Source: Octopus sinensis
Lineage: Eukaryota
Assembly: GCF_006345805.1 (NCBI RefSeq)
Contig: NC_043009.1
Coordinates: forward strand, 50,220,001-50,284,000
Length of the DNA: 64,000 nt
Reading direction: 5' to 3'
Below, one piece after another: positions 1 through 11,583 of the stretch; within the stretch, counting starts at the first letter, position 1, and the number at the start of each line of letters is the position of its first letter. A program made the translations under genes and the position numbers. The notes below the pieces were generated by a model. The model was given only the letters and a program-made list of their open reading frames with translations. It was not told the origin of the DNA and did no database searches.

Positions 1-193
1 AGGTGTGGTGGAGGGAGAAATGCATGTGGAATGGAAGGGAGCTAAAAAGGATAGGAATGGATTTGCTGAAGCAAAAGGGGTGAAAGAGTAGAAGAAAAAA
101 ATATGCTCATATAAACCCTTCCATCTTTGTCTTTTTTACTCCTAACAACCTGAACCTCAAAGAAGGACTGTCCAAAATTTTGGATACCCCACG

Positions 194-1283
194 CTTGGTC
201 ATCTAGGCAATGGGAGTTATCAACTACTTCTAGTTTATTCCCCTGGCATGTGATGAAATCTGTTTTCTGTATATCTTCAGTGCTTATTACTCCTGTGCAT
301 TTGCCACACACAAAAACTATCTTCCCAGTTAGCTTTCCTTTAATATTGCTGCATCTCTTCTGTGTCCATAGCTTACACTGGGCACATATTATGGAGTTTC
401 TACCTGAGCCTTTTCTACAGATTGAGCAGGGCCATCTACCTGAAGGGGTTTGTGATTTGTCTGCCTTCCTACTTACTAAGACTTTGGTTTTTGCTAGATT
501 GACTCTTCATTCTAGACTTTGCTTCTACACCTGAAACTTCTTCTCTAGTTCTGGTAGTGACTCAGCTATTAGAGAAAGGTCACCAGCATAGAGGAGCTCC
601 TAGGGGCAGCCTGTCTTGAATTCCTCTGTTATTGCCTGGAGGACTATGAATAAGAGGGCACTGAGGATTGATCCTTGGTGAACCCTACTTCTACCTGGAA
701 TTCTTCACTATACTCATTGCCAACCCTCACCTTACTGACATCTCTCCCTGTACAAGGCTTGTACAGCTCTCACCAACAACTCATCTATCCCTAGTTTCCA
801 CACCGACCACCAGATAAGGGATCGGGGAACCCTATCAAAGGCTTTCTCCATGTCAATGAAAGCCAAGTACAGAGGTTTATTTTTGGCTATGAATTTCTCC
901 TGCAGCTGTCTTACCAGAAATACAGCATCAGTGGTGCTTCTCCCTGGTACAAACTCAAACTGCATCTCATCTAAACTAACTCTCTTCCTAATTAGTTGGG
1001 CCATGACCCTCTCCATGACTTTCATCACCTGATCCAATAATTTGATACCTCTGTAATTATCCCTATCTAATGTGTCACCTTTACCTTTGTAGCAGTTGAG
1101 TATAGTGCTGTTACACCAGTCATTGAGTATGACTCCTTCATGTATCACCTGGTTGACTATACAGGTGAGTAGACTATAGCCTACACTGCCAGATATTTTA
1201 AGGACTTCAGCAGTGATTCCTGATGGGCTGGGGGCTCTCCCTGTCTTCATACCCTTTATTGCTTTATCTACCAAGGTACTGTC
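194..1283 (-). mobile_element. Degenerate RTE-clade non-LTR retrotransposon fragment (reverse transcriptase plus PHD-like finger), with frameshifts and stops
   Basis: ORF 732-1310 reads KAPxPSGI...YKGKGD..DRDNYRGIKLL...QFEFVPGRSTTDAVF.VRQLQEK....KPLYLAFIDMEKAFDRVPR, typical RTE RT domains. After a frameshift the catalytic motif reads YAGD (579-590, from YADD). A Cys-rich finger follows at 297-428, then LEVVDNSHCLDDQ. The 5' side is cut by a (TA)n tract at ~1284. Confidence 0.92.
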
Positions 1284-1303
1284 AATATATATATATATGT
1301 AAA

Positions 1304-1580
1304 GGCACATGGGTTAGTGGTTAGCCTATCCAGCTCACAATCATAAGGTCATTAACTCAATTTCTAGCAGTGCATTGTCATTGAGCAAGACACTATTTCA
1401 CATTGCAACAGTCTACTCAGCTGGCAAAGATGAGTAGTGCTTCAAATTCAAAGGCCCAAACTTGTCACATGTTATATTTGAATCTTCCTCTGAACTACAT
1501 TAAGGGTACATGTATCTGAAGAGTGCTCAGCTAGTTGCACGCTAATTTCATAAGCAGGCTATTCTACTGACATCGACCAC
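1304..1580 (+). mobile_element. Degenerate tRNA-derived SINE
   Basis: A-box-like TGGGTTAGTGGTTAG head, then TTGAGCAAGACACT and CTACTCAGCTGGCAAAGATGAGTA segments resembling conserved SINE central domains; heavily diverged. Confidence 0.45.
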
Positions 1581-1587
1581 TTTCGGA

Positions 1588-1607
1588 TATATATATATAT
1601 ATAATAT

Positions 1608-1645
<38 letters not shown>

Positions 1646-1674
1646 TTAGATATATATATATATGTATATATATA

Positions 1675-1718
<44 letters not shown>

Positions 1719-1774
1719 CCACACACACATACATACATATACATACATACACATATATATGTGTGTTGTTTGTG

Positions 1775-1807
<33 letters not shown>

Positions 1808-1925
1808 ATACATGTTTTGTGTGTATATATGTATGTATGTAGAATCATGAATGTATGTAGATTCATGTATATATATATGTAGAAACATGTGTATGTATAT
1901 ATATATGTGTGTAGATAGATGCATA

Positions 1926-1982
<57 letters not shown>

Positions 1983-2227
1983 ATGTGTGTGTGTGTATGC
2001 TTCTGTGGTGTATATAGATGTGTGTATGTATGCATATCTATGCATATATGTATACACATACACATGCATGTGCATATGTGTTTTTATAAGAAACCAAAAA
2101 TAAAAATCGAAAATATATATGATATTGTTAATTATGTATATTAAACTTCCTATATATTTATAGTTTTTTAAGCAAAAAAATTATATTGATGACAGTGATG
2201 ATATATACACGTGTGTGTGTGTGTGTG

Positions 2228-2264
<37 letters not shown>

Positions 2265-2302
2265 CATATATATATATATACTGAGAAAGAGATAGAGATA
2301 AT

Positions 2303-2335
<33 letters not shown>
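1588..2335. repeat. Compound microsatellite array (TA)n/(TAGA)n/(TG)n/(GA)n
   Basis: Directly visible; accounts for the YIYI-type ORFs in the track. Confidence 0.95.
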
Positions 2336-2336
<1 letters not shown>

Positions 2337-3040
2337 AGAATCTCCAAGCAAAGATGTTGAAAGTGTGTTATATCTAGAAAGAATCTTCTAAAGAATTTAA
2401 GTTGAGTAAATAAAAAAATATTGAGATAAAAAAGAAAAAAGATTGCGAAAGAAGATCCGATAAAAAAAAATTAGAGGAGAGAGAGGAATGAAAATTGGTA
2501 AAGAAAAAATGGGAAAAAAATATTGAAGCCAGGAAAATTATATCCGTGTTCTGTACTGTCAACAATTTTATATCTGCAACAAACCATAACTCCAAATGAA
2601 TATAATGATAATGATTATATTGAGAATAATAATGATGATGATGATGGGGATGAAAAAGATGAGGGTGATGAAAATAGTGGAGATGAAGATGAATGAGAAA
2701 GTTTTTAACAAGTGTTTGCCAAGGGCAGCATGAGTCATTTAAGTGAAACTGTTTGATGGAAGGATCGATTCTAACAGTGACAGCAAAATGATGGGGGTAA
2801 AAGATCAGAATGGCCGGACTATACTGATTATTATCTCACTAGATTAAAGAGTGAACAACACTTAAATAATTTGGGAAATTAAATAATGATCATTGCAGCA
2901 GTAATGTTAATAACGTTAATTAGAGACTACATGTACATGTTTACATACATACAACACACATATTGGACATATATATATATATATATATATATAGATAGAT
3001 ATTATAAGTATATATATATATATACATATATTTATATATA

Positions 3041-3073
<33 letters not shown>

Positions 3074-3653
3074 ATAGATAGATAGATATAATAGATAGAT
3101 CTATAGATATTATAAGTATATATATTTATACACATTCATACAATACTGAATACATATACAACACATACATTTTACATATATATATATTATATATATATAT
3201 ATATATATGTATGTATATATATATATATATAATGTATACATGCACATACATATGTGTGTGTGCATGTATACATTCATACATTCAAACTAAGTCCTCATGT
3301 ATAAACAGTGAGAGTCTATTGAAAAAGACTGACAGAGATGATGGATCTCAGAGAAAGAAAAAAATTCAAAGAACCACCACCACCACCATCATAATCATCA
3401 TCCTCATCATCTCTCTAGCAAGCAATCACAAAGCAAACATGTTCCTCTTCAAAGTAGATTTTTGCTGGATTATTTTTGATATTTACATCCAGCCTGTTAG
3501 TAATGATTTTTAAGTGCAACGATTAAATAATCCACACCATGGAAATATTTTCTTTACCAAGAAACATATACATCTCTCCAACCTGCAACTTTTACCTCAA
3601 CCTATCACTCTCTTGCCATGGTATAATCTGACATTTCTCCATCCTGAAAGCTT

Positions 3654-4014
<361 letters not shown>

Positions 4015-4076
4015 TAAAACATTATTGGTGAATTGAAGAAATGGAGCTGAACGCAGATTGAACAGAAATCGTTTTA

Positions 4077-4160
4077 TTTCATTCTACACGTGTTTCAAAG
4101 GCCAAATACCAAAATCCGATTGAATAATGGGACCATATTGGGTCTTTCTTCAGGAAGAAA
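4077..4160 (-). ncRNA. Type I hammerhead ribozyme motif, opposite polarity (stem II degenerate)
   Basis: The minus strand reads TTTCTTC-CTGAAGA-AAGACCCAA...TTGGCCTTT-GAAA-CACGTG-TA-GAATGAAA. The core is intact and stem III is the palindrome ACACGTGT, but the G10.1-C11.1 pair is lost to small deletions. Confidence 0.5.
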
Positions 4161-4261
4161 AAAGGAACCCGTTGGAAAAACAAAAACAGAACAGAGGCAG
4201 AGCAAAAAACAAATCGAACTGTGCTTCTAAGAGCCCATGGCGAAACACAACGGATTTCCTT

Positions 4262-4349
4262 TTTCTTCCTGAAGAGAAAGACACAATATGGTCCCATTAT
4301 TCAATCGGATTTTGGTAATTTGTGCCTTTCGAAACAGTGTAGAATGAAA
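4262..4349 (+). ncRNA. Type I hammerhead ribozyme motif (canonical core)
   Basis: Stem I TTTCTTC (4262-4268) / GAA(T)GAAA (4342-4349). Core CTGAAGA (4269-4275). Stem II GAAAGACACAA (4276-4286) / TTGTGCCTTTC (4320-4330), 10 of 11 paired including G10.1-C11.1. GAAA at 4331-4334, a 2-bp stem III with an AGT loop, and a GUA triplet with predicted cleavage after 4341. Confidence 0.7.
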
Positions 4350-4553
4350 TAAAACGATTTCTGTTCAATCTGCGTTCAGCTCCATTTCTTCAATTCACCA
4401 ATAATGTTTTAATTTCAATTATCCGCACCAACGCACGGTTGCAACGCCAGATGGTTGTACTCCAACCGTGCTGTCCACTGCTGTGTTTTTGCTACTAAGG
4501 TATCGGTTAAACTTTTGATAATCTACGACAAGATTATTCATCTTTCTATTTCA

Positions 4554-4622
<69 letters not shown>

Positions 4623-5493
4623 CTTTATCACTCCATTCATTCTCCACTATCCAGCTCTTCCTCTCAATTCTCCAATCCTTCTTCTCACTCTGTATTTTCC
4701 TTAATTTTTTCCACAACTCACCCTCCTCCTTATCTCCAGCTTTATCCCCTTTTCTGCCCTTATACTCTTTATTTCTCTCCCCCCTCTCTCTCTCTCTCTC
4801 TTTCACACTCATTTAAATAATTATTCTCCATTTTCTCAATTTTTTCACTTCCCTTTCATTATCACCCAATATCTCTGTTATTTTCCCCACCTTACACAAC
4901 CTATCTTTTCTCCCTATCACACAAATTCTGTTATTTCTGCCTCTCTGTCTCTCTCTCCTCCAGCTTTCTCTGCTTTCAAACCCTTACACAACATTCTCCT
5001 CACCACCTATTTCTGCACTTCCTTTTTCCATTCTCACCTGTCCTCAACAGTTTCTTACTTTCCATGACTCCCTCTCACTATGTTCTGAGTAACTTCTTAA
5101 ACTCCAACAACCTACTCCTTAAAATATCTTAAACAACACTTCTGTAAACTTATAAAACTCAGATTCTAAACTGGCATCCTATATGAAATAATCAAATATT
5201 AATTTACTCCTCTGAAAGGCATGATACATGTGTGATTGTTTCATAGTCATATAATCATGGATTCAATACCATGGCACTGAACCTTGGACAAATGTCTTTA
5301 AACATGGCTTCAGGTTGACTTAAACTTTGTGAGTGAAATCAGAAAAAAAAAAACTATGAAGAAGCTCATTTATTGCCTACTGGTGTTCTTGCTCTGTCGT
5401 CCAGTTTAACCCCCCCCCCTCTAGTCATTGGGTACCTTTAGTACAGTCCAATCTGTTGACAATATATGAACAAGGTCTCTGGTAGAAGAATAC

Positions 5494-5541
5494 CTGTGAA
5501 TTATAGCTTCTTCCTCCACTTCTCCCAACAATCTAGGACCC
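5494..5541 (-). CDS. Candidate internal exon (48 nt, phase 2-2; GPRLLGEVEEEAIIH)
   Basis: Acceptor ttttgcag, donor AG|gtattc; only one frame is open. Confidence 0.3.
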
Positions 5542-6127
5542 CTGCAAAAGTTATAGATATGCTCTTGCCCCCTCTCACAAGTCCTTATAAATCTAATAAT
5601 ATAGCTTATTCCATACAAAGTATTAAAGTTAATCAGCACATAAGAATGCTTTAATCTCACCTCAGAAAACTCTCAGTTGTTGAGTCGAAGGAGATGTTGG
5701 CTTCTTGACTGTAAAGTTCCAAAGCTTATAGACATTTACTGGATTACTAAATAGAATGGCATGTTGAAAAGGAGTTGAACTTTTCTTGTTATTTCATTTC
5801 AATAATTTAAAGCCACAAGGAGCTGTGTATAATAACTCCCTTGACCAGAAAATAATATCTGACACCGAGTATTGTAAAAACCAGTAGAACATAATTCAAT
5901 TTTAATAACATATGTAGTTTTGTGCTGCTGATACGGTGAAAAGATTGAGAATTGAACACAAAGTAGAAAATTTAACAGAGGTAACTCTTATCTAATGAAA
6001 TCAATTAAAACCCCTGTCATTTTTTAAGGTCAGGGCAAGAGCATTCAATGCTATAAACCAGTCCTACAAAGGGCTCCACCTTCTAGTTATGTCTATTTTA
6101 CGAATAGAGCCAGAAGCAGTATCTTAC

Positions 6128-6174
6128 ATAGTGTACAGTAGCTCAGCTGGTGATGATTCCAATTTCTGATACTG
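6128..6174 (-). CDS. Candidate internal exon (47 nt, phase 0-2; QYQKLESSPAELLYT)
   Basis: NAGNAG acceptor ttttagcag, donor |gtaaga; phase-compatible with 5494-5541. Confidence 0.25.
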
Positions 6175-6849
6175 CTAAAACATTGTTCAAAAAACTACAG
6201 CCATTCTTCATTGACATATTAAGGCTAAGATAAAGATAAAAAAATTTTTTTTTTTTTTTCCTGCTTCTTTGTTTTCTTTTTTAATGTTCTTTGAAAAATC
6301 CATGTTTTCAGTTAGATTTAGAAATTCAATTTAAATTGTTCAGAATTTGTGTGGTGCCCACAGATTGTAGCACCCTAGGCAATCACTAGCATATGGTGCC
6401 AGCCCTGGATGTTATACAATTTGAACTCCTACTAGCATGTGGCAATTGAATCTATTTATAAATTGCTTAAGGGATTCCTAGATTTTAAGTGATAACATCA
6501 CTTTCTGCTATCTATCTGTTTCATTTTCTCTTTCTCCTTTCACTTCTGTTGCCACAATGAAATGTTTTCACTATGTTGTTTAAATTATTGTTATTGTTGT
6601 CATTACACAAAATAACTGAAACTGGAAACAAAATCTAACTTTTCAATTCTTCCATGGATCAGATGCAATTTGTTGAGGCAGATTTTCTATGACCAGAAGC
6701 CTTTCTTTTCACCAAGCCTTTACCTGACAAATGTTATTAATGAGGTATACCACAAGATTCGATGTCATCTTGAACAACACCCACTTCTTTACAGATAATA
6801 CCACTGTTCACTTCTCCCTAATTTTCCATATCCAAGCATCATCCATATG

Positions 6850-7560
6850 AAACTTAGGCACCTAATGCCAACTCTGCAATGATTTGATAAATAGAAATTC
6901 TAAACCATCTTTCAATGGGATCATTCCAATTGTGCCCCCAACAAACAATAAAAATAAATATTATTGCACATAAGCATTATTGCACCTTGCCACCTCATAT
7001 ACATTAACAAACTGCAACTAGTACCCTCATGGTCATTTCAAATACTAGATTTCACCATGATTGATGATCTTTTCTGGTGAATGCACATCTTCAACAAAGC
7101 AAAGACTGTATCAATGGATTGGCCTGCATCCTCAAAACTAGAAAATACTTCTGCCTTCAACAATTACTCACTTTCTACAAAGTTCAGAAGAAACCCATTA
7201 TGGAGCACTGCTCCCACATCCAGGATGGTACTGCTGCTACACACACACACGCATCCTAACATCCTAGACCATGTCCAAAGAAAAGTCATTTGACTAATTA
7301 GCATGAAGTCACTTACCAATATATTCAAATCTCTAGCCCCTGTTCCCCAGAGGTATCTTTTCATAAAGCACCTCCAGTCAATCATTCCTGACTTACTTCT
7401 CTCTCCTTCTTTCATTATTTATATTGTGTCCAGCTTTCCATGCTCTGAACTAACCATTATACATAGGCTTTCTTCCCAAGAACATCAACCCTCTAGAATT
7501 CTTACCTAAAAATGTTTCCTTCAGTTGTTAACTGCATCTGTTCAAGAGGAGTGTTAATAG
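6850..7560 (+). mobile_element. Degenerate CR1/L2/Jockey-group LINE 3' fragment
   Basis: Translates to LLTFYKVQKKPIMEHCSHIQDG..ATH..ILDHVQRKVI and, near the end, FFPRTSTL*NSLP...LHLFKRSVN. These match the post-RT motifs LYKxQxRPxxEYCSHxW..LDRVQRRA and FFPRTxxLWNSLP...FKxxVN of such LINEs. Confidence 0.7.
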
Positions 7561-8760
7561 CATTGGTTTCCCCAGTTTCAGAGGGCCTATGAAGACCATG
7601 AGCACAGACTTGAAAATACTGAATCTCACAAAATTTTGTTGTCTGGACATTTTGAGGACTTGTCCAACCAAAGCCTACCAGCCATGGATGGTTATTACAA
7701 CATGCTTCTTCAATATATCCCCCAAAGCACCTGATTTATTTAGTTCTCACTTGAAGAGAAACAGAACTTAGCTAATCTATCAATAAATTGAAACATTTGT
7801 TCCCTATGAATTTACCTGTCTCTTTTCCTATCAATCAATCATATATACACATGTATGTATGTATGTATGTATGTATGTATGTATGTATGTATGTATGTAT
7901 GTATGTATGTATGTATGTATGCATGCATGCATGTATGCATGTATGTATGTATGTATGTATGTATGTATGTATGCATGCATGTATATACGTATATATGATT
8001 ACAGCCTTTCACTGAACAATTGAAGTATCATTTTTCATCTATGTGAAAAATGATTAAATGGAGATGAAATTCTTGAGTTATAAATGAAAAAAATGAATTT
8101 GTCAGCTAGAGATGTTCAAGCAGCAAGTATAACTTTCTGTGCACAGACATGTATGCACACACTCTCACATATATACACACAAAAACACACACTCTCTCTC
8201 TCTGTCTCTCTCTCTCTAACTTTTTTACTAATTCTAGACAAACTATATCATAAAGTTATAGAAGAAGAAAAATCTATATGATGTATATAAGAAAAAAATC
8301 TACATAAAAATTATAAAAACAAACATTTTATGGCTGTTATATACAGGAACAGACGTTTGTAAATGTGTTAGAAATGGCATAGAGATGATTACATTAGGAA
8401 ACAAAAGGAAACTATTTCTTAATTTTAGCCAAGAATCGAAATAATTGACATGGAATGTGGATTAAATGAAAAATGCCACAGACTGAGGGAAAGAATAAAA
8501 AAATAGTTTATGAAAAAATAAGGAACATTATTTTAAAAACAATAAAAATAGTGAATTCCATCCACTCTCACCATTTTCTGTTTTCAAACCTCAAAATATT
8601 TATGTTAGAATATTGAAGACACATGAAAATGTCCATATAGCCAAGTGTTGTATTCTTCAGCAAGTTATTAAATGAGGTATACCAATAGTATTTCAGTGTA
8701 TTTGCTAAGAACACACAAAGCTTGTTAGATAAATATTAGCAATGCTTCTATTTGTCTTAC

Positions 8761-8832
8761 CAATTGCTGGCGGAATAATTGGTTTCTGACGATCACAGCT
8801 ATAAAGTGTATTTGAATTAGTGAGTTACTTAC
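8761..8832 (-). CDS. Candidate 72-nt exon beginning at an AG|GTAAGT junction (an internal acceptor at 8798 gives an alternative 38-nt exon, CDRQKPIIPPAI)
   Basis: Strong acceptor ctttcttttctttttcag; downstream donor TTG|gtaaga at 8760; phase-0 frame open (VSNSLIQIHFIAVIVRNQLFRQQL). Confidence 0.3.
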
Positions 8833-9541
8833 CTGAAAAAGAAAAGAAAGAAATGTCATTGAAAATAATGATTCATATAAAAGAGAACAAAACAAAACAA
8901 AACAAAAAAACAACAAACAAAATGCGAATGAATACATAAATGAAACTCAGTTAGTTATTAAAAGAGAACCATTTCTATGTAGACGAAATTAATTTCTATT
9001 TTTATTTCAGCTATAAAAAAGAGCAAATAAGAATGGGATATCAAATAGGAATGGGATATAAGGAAAAAAAATTATAGGAAGGAAACGTGAAAGAAAGAAA
9101 AAAGAGAGAAAGAAAGGCAGAAATTCAAGTTGTGCTCCCAAACTGCAGCTATTGCACGTATACATCAAAAAGCAAAAAGAGTGAAACGACTAAACTATCA
9201 AAGGCAGACAAGTAAAATGACAAAACATGATGACATTGTATAACATAGAACTCTAACATCGCAATTAGCTGTCAGTAAGTTAGCTAATTTAGTTGGTAAA
9301 TAATAGAAGGAAAACAGGATTATGAGAATGAATAGGAGGGAAAGTGGCATATTCACAAGAGTTTGCTATTAAATAGCATTCATATACTGATCACATACAA
9401 CTCCAGAAGTGAGAGGCTATTGCTGTAAGTTCATCATGTTTAACAGCAGTACACATACAGATTAGCCTCAATACAGCAAGTTAATAAAGACTCTTGTCAT
9501 TTTTACAGTGCTGCCACTGCTTGCAGCTATGAGTTCCATAG

Positions 9542-10081
9542 TCATCATCTGGAAAAGATTTCCCAACTAGAAAGGGTATGACCTGGTCAGCCTGTAATGA
9601 CATGCATAAGATCTGGTCATCAAATCTAAGTAGAGACTTCAAATTTGAAATCTTCAAAGCCACAGTCAAACCAATTCTAATATATGGCTCAGAAGCCTGG
9701 TCGTTATAAAAGAAGCTTGAGAGGCAGTTGGAAGGAACCTACACTCGCCTCCTTATGAGAGCTCAAAATCTCTCGTGGAAGCGTCATCCAACCAAAATGC
9801 AAATATATGGGAAACTACCACCTGTGACATCTCTTGTGAAAGGTAGGAGAGTCCAGTTTGCTGGACATTGTTGTAGAGCTGAAAACGAGGCAATTTCTAC
9901 TCTTCTCCTCTGGAAGCCATCTACTCGCAATACCAGAGGGCGCACAATCTCCTACCCTGATGTAATCTCCAGGGATACAGGCATCCAGCTACAGGACCTC
10001 CGTAATGCCATGATGGACCGTGAAGTCTGGCGTAGCATGGTAAATTCCATTGTCTCGACCACGGTCGAACAATGATGGTGA
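9542..10081 (+). mobile_element. RTE/RTE-X-like LINE 3' fragment (5'-truncated, relatively young)
   Basis: Near-continuous frame DFPTRKGMTWSACNDMHKIWSSNLSRDFKFEIFKATVKPILIYGSEAW..ERQLEGTYTRLLMRAQNLSWKRHPT...RRVQFAGHC.R...GRTISYPDVISRDTG..DLRNAMMDREVWRSMV with a single stop; ends in a TGATGG tail. Confidence 0.85.
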
Positions 10082-10160
10082 GCTAAGAGTTGTGCCTTTA
10101 TGTAGAACATGTTTTGCAGCAAGACAGAGTGATCCAGTCAAAATATTGTCTCTGAAAGTG

Positions 10161-10348
10161 AAGAGTAAGTGAAGATGGATGTTACAAATGTTGCAACAAT
10201 AAGTTACAAATATTTTCTTCATTTCTGCACTTTTTCATTTGTTGAAGTATACTTCTCCATGCTTAGTGATACCCTAGCTTAGCCATGAATGGTGGTACTG
10301 CAGAACAGCCACAGCTGAATAGCTAAAACTAAGAAAAGTCTTAAATCA
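10161..10348. repeat. Unclassified dispersed repeat, copy A (inverted partner at 21557-21744)
   Basis: 188-bp ungapped match to the reverse complement of 21557-21744 with 11 mismatches by manual count (~94%). Confidence 0.85.
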
Positions 10349-10515
10349 CTATGAATTATAAAGCTCAATATGCTATCTGTATTCTATTGTATTTTAATGA
10401 TCATATCAGAAATAAAAGAAAAGAATGCTGTTTTGCCGAAGTATTCACTCTGTAATTAAGCCAATGACATACAAAGAACAGTCTAATATCCTGAATTTGT
10501 TGAAAAGAAGAAGTG

Positions 10516-10724
10516 CCTCGTCTGGCACCTGTGTCGGTGGCACATAAAATCACCCACTACACTCTCGGAGCGGTTGGCGTTAGGAAGGGCATCCAGCTGT
10601 AGAAACACTGCCAGATCTGACTGGCCTGGTGCAGCCTTCGGGCTCCCCAGACCCCAGTTGAACCGTCCAACCCATGCTAGCATGGAAAGCGGACGTTAAA
10701 CGATGATGATGATGATGATGATGA
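10516..10724 (+). mobile_element. RTE-LINE-type 3' UTR/tail fragment ending in (GAT)n
   Basis: GGTTGGCGTTAGGAAGGGCATCCAGCTGTAGAAAC...CCAACCCATGCTAGCATGGAAAGCGGACGTTAAACGATGATGAT is homologous to the UTR that follows the RTE C-terminus at 26880-27400. Confidence 0.75.
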
Positions 10725-11292
10725 AGAAGTGTGTGACACACTGTACACAAGTGTGCACATATACATATATAAGTCCATACATAGATATACAAATCGGAAT
10801 ATTTTCTAGTACTCTAGTATAATTCCATAGTGCATTATCAATAATATTAACCACAACTTCTATTTCTTCTATAACATGATTGAATAGTTATGTTTAACAT
10901 CTCAACAACAGAAGTATTGCCTTGGTAGCATACAATAGGCTAGACTGGAATAAGGCTTCAACATATTGTCAAATTCTATAAACAAAATTGTGTTGAAATC
11001 ATACAGTAAAATAAATATATGTTGTTGTACTTTAAATATATACACATATTTTCTGCATTTTATTTTTTTTTTATCAACATAATAATTCAAGTTTAAAAGA
11101 TAGTATTATATTAGACACCAACTGCTTTTCACGTATGTATGTATATATACATGTGTGGATATATGTAAAAGTATTTGTGTATGTGCATGTATTAAGATCA
11201 GTCTCCAAAATTTAACCTTCTTCAGAAAAAAATTTCAATTAAGTTCCAATATATTTCAATACAATCAAAAGGAAGTAGAAGCATTTCCTTCC

Positions 11293-11346
<54 letters not shown>

Positions 11347-11513
11347 ATGTGTATGTGTAAACATACACATGCAATAAATTCTAATATGGTGGCTGCATTG
11401 TTAAATTAGGATTTAAGTTCAATGTGACACATAGCACCACACAGTAGCTGGTACATCTTTTGATTTAAAGGCAGTAGTGCTCTACTAAGACTGTTGGAGC
11501 TGTATGCATATTT

Positions 11514-11583
<70 letters not shown>

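Larger units (their letters stand above)
4015..4411. repeat. Long inverted repeat (fold-back): ~160-bp arms (4015-4174 and 4248-4411) with a ~73-bp spacer
   Basis: TAAAACATTATTGGTGAATTGAAGAAATGGAGCTGAACGCAGATTGAACAGAAATCG... is the reverse complement of ...CGATTTCTGTTCAATCTGCGTTCAGCTCCATTTCTTCAATTCACCAATAATGTTTTA. The outer ~70 bp are perfect; the inner part has a few small indels and substitutions. Confidence 0.95.
4015..4558 (+). mobile_element. Probable Penelope-like element terminal (pseudo-LTR) fragment with an inverted partial duplication
   Basis: Carries type I hammerhead motifs, is CpG-richer than the background and is bounded on both sides by (TA)n. The right arm continues ~150 bp beyond the left arm's extent. 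Hammerheads in PLE pseudo-LTRs and inverted pLTR arrangements are established features. No RT or GIY-YIG ORF is seen, so the family call is inference. Confidence 0.5.

Noticed and set aside
2530-2696. Acidic D/E/N-rich open frame on the plus strand
   Set aside because: Derived from a (GAT)n/(AAT)n-like low-complexity tract; no splice or start context.
7495-7515. Second AG|GTAAGA junction on the minus strand
   Set aside because: Short pyrimidine tract and located inside an antisense LINE relic; likely chance.
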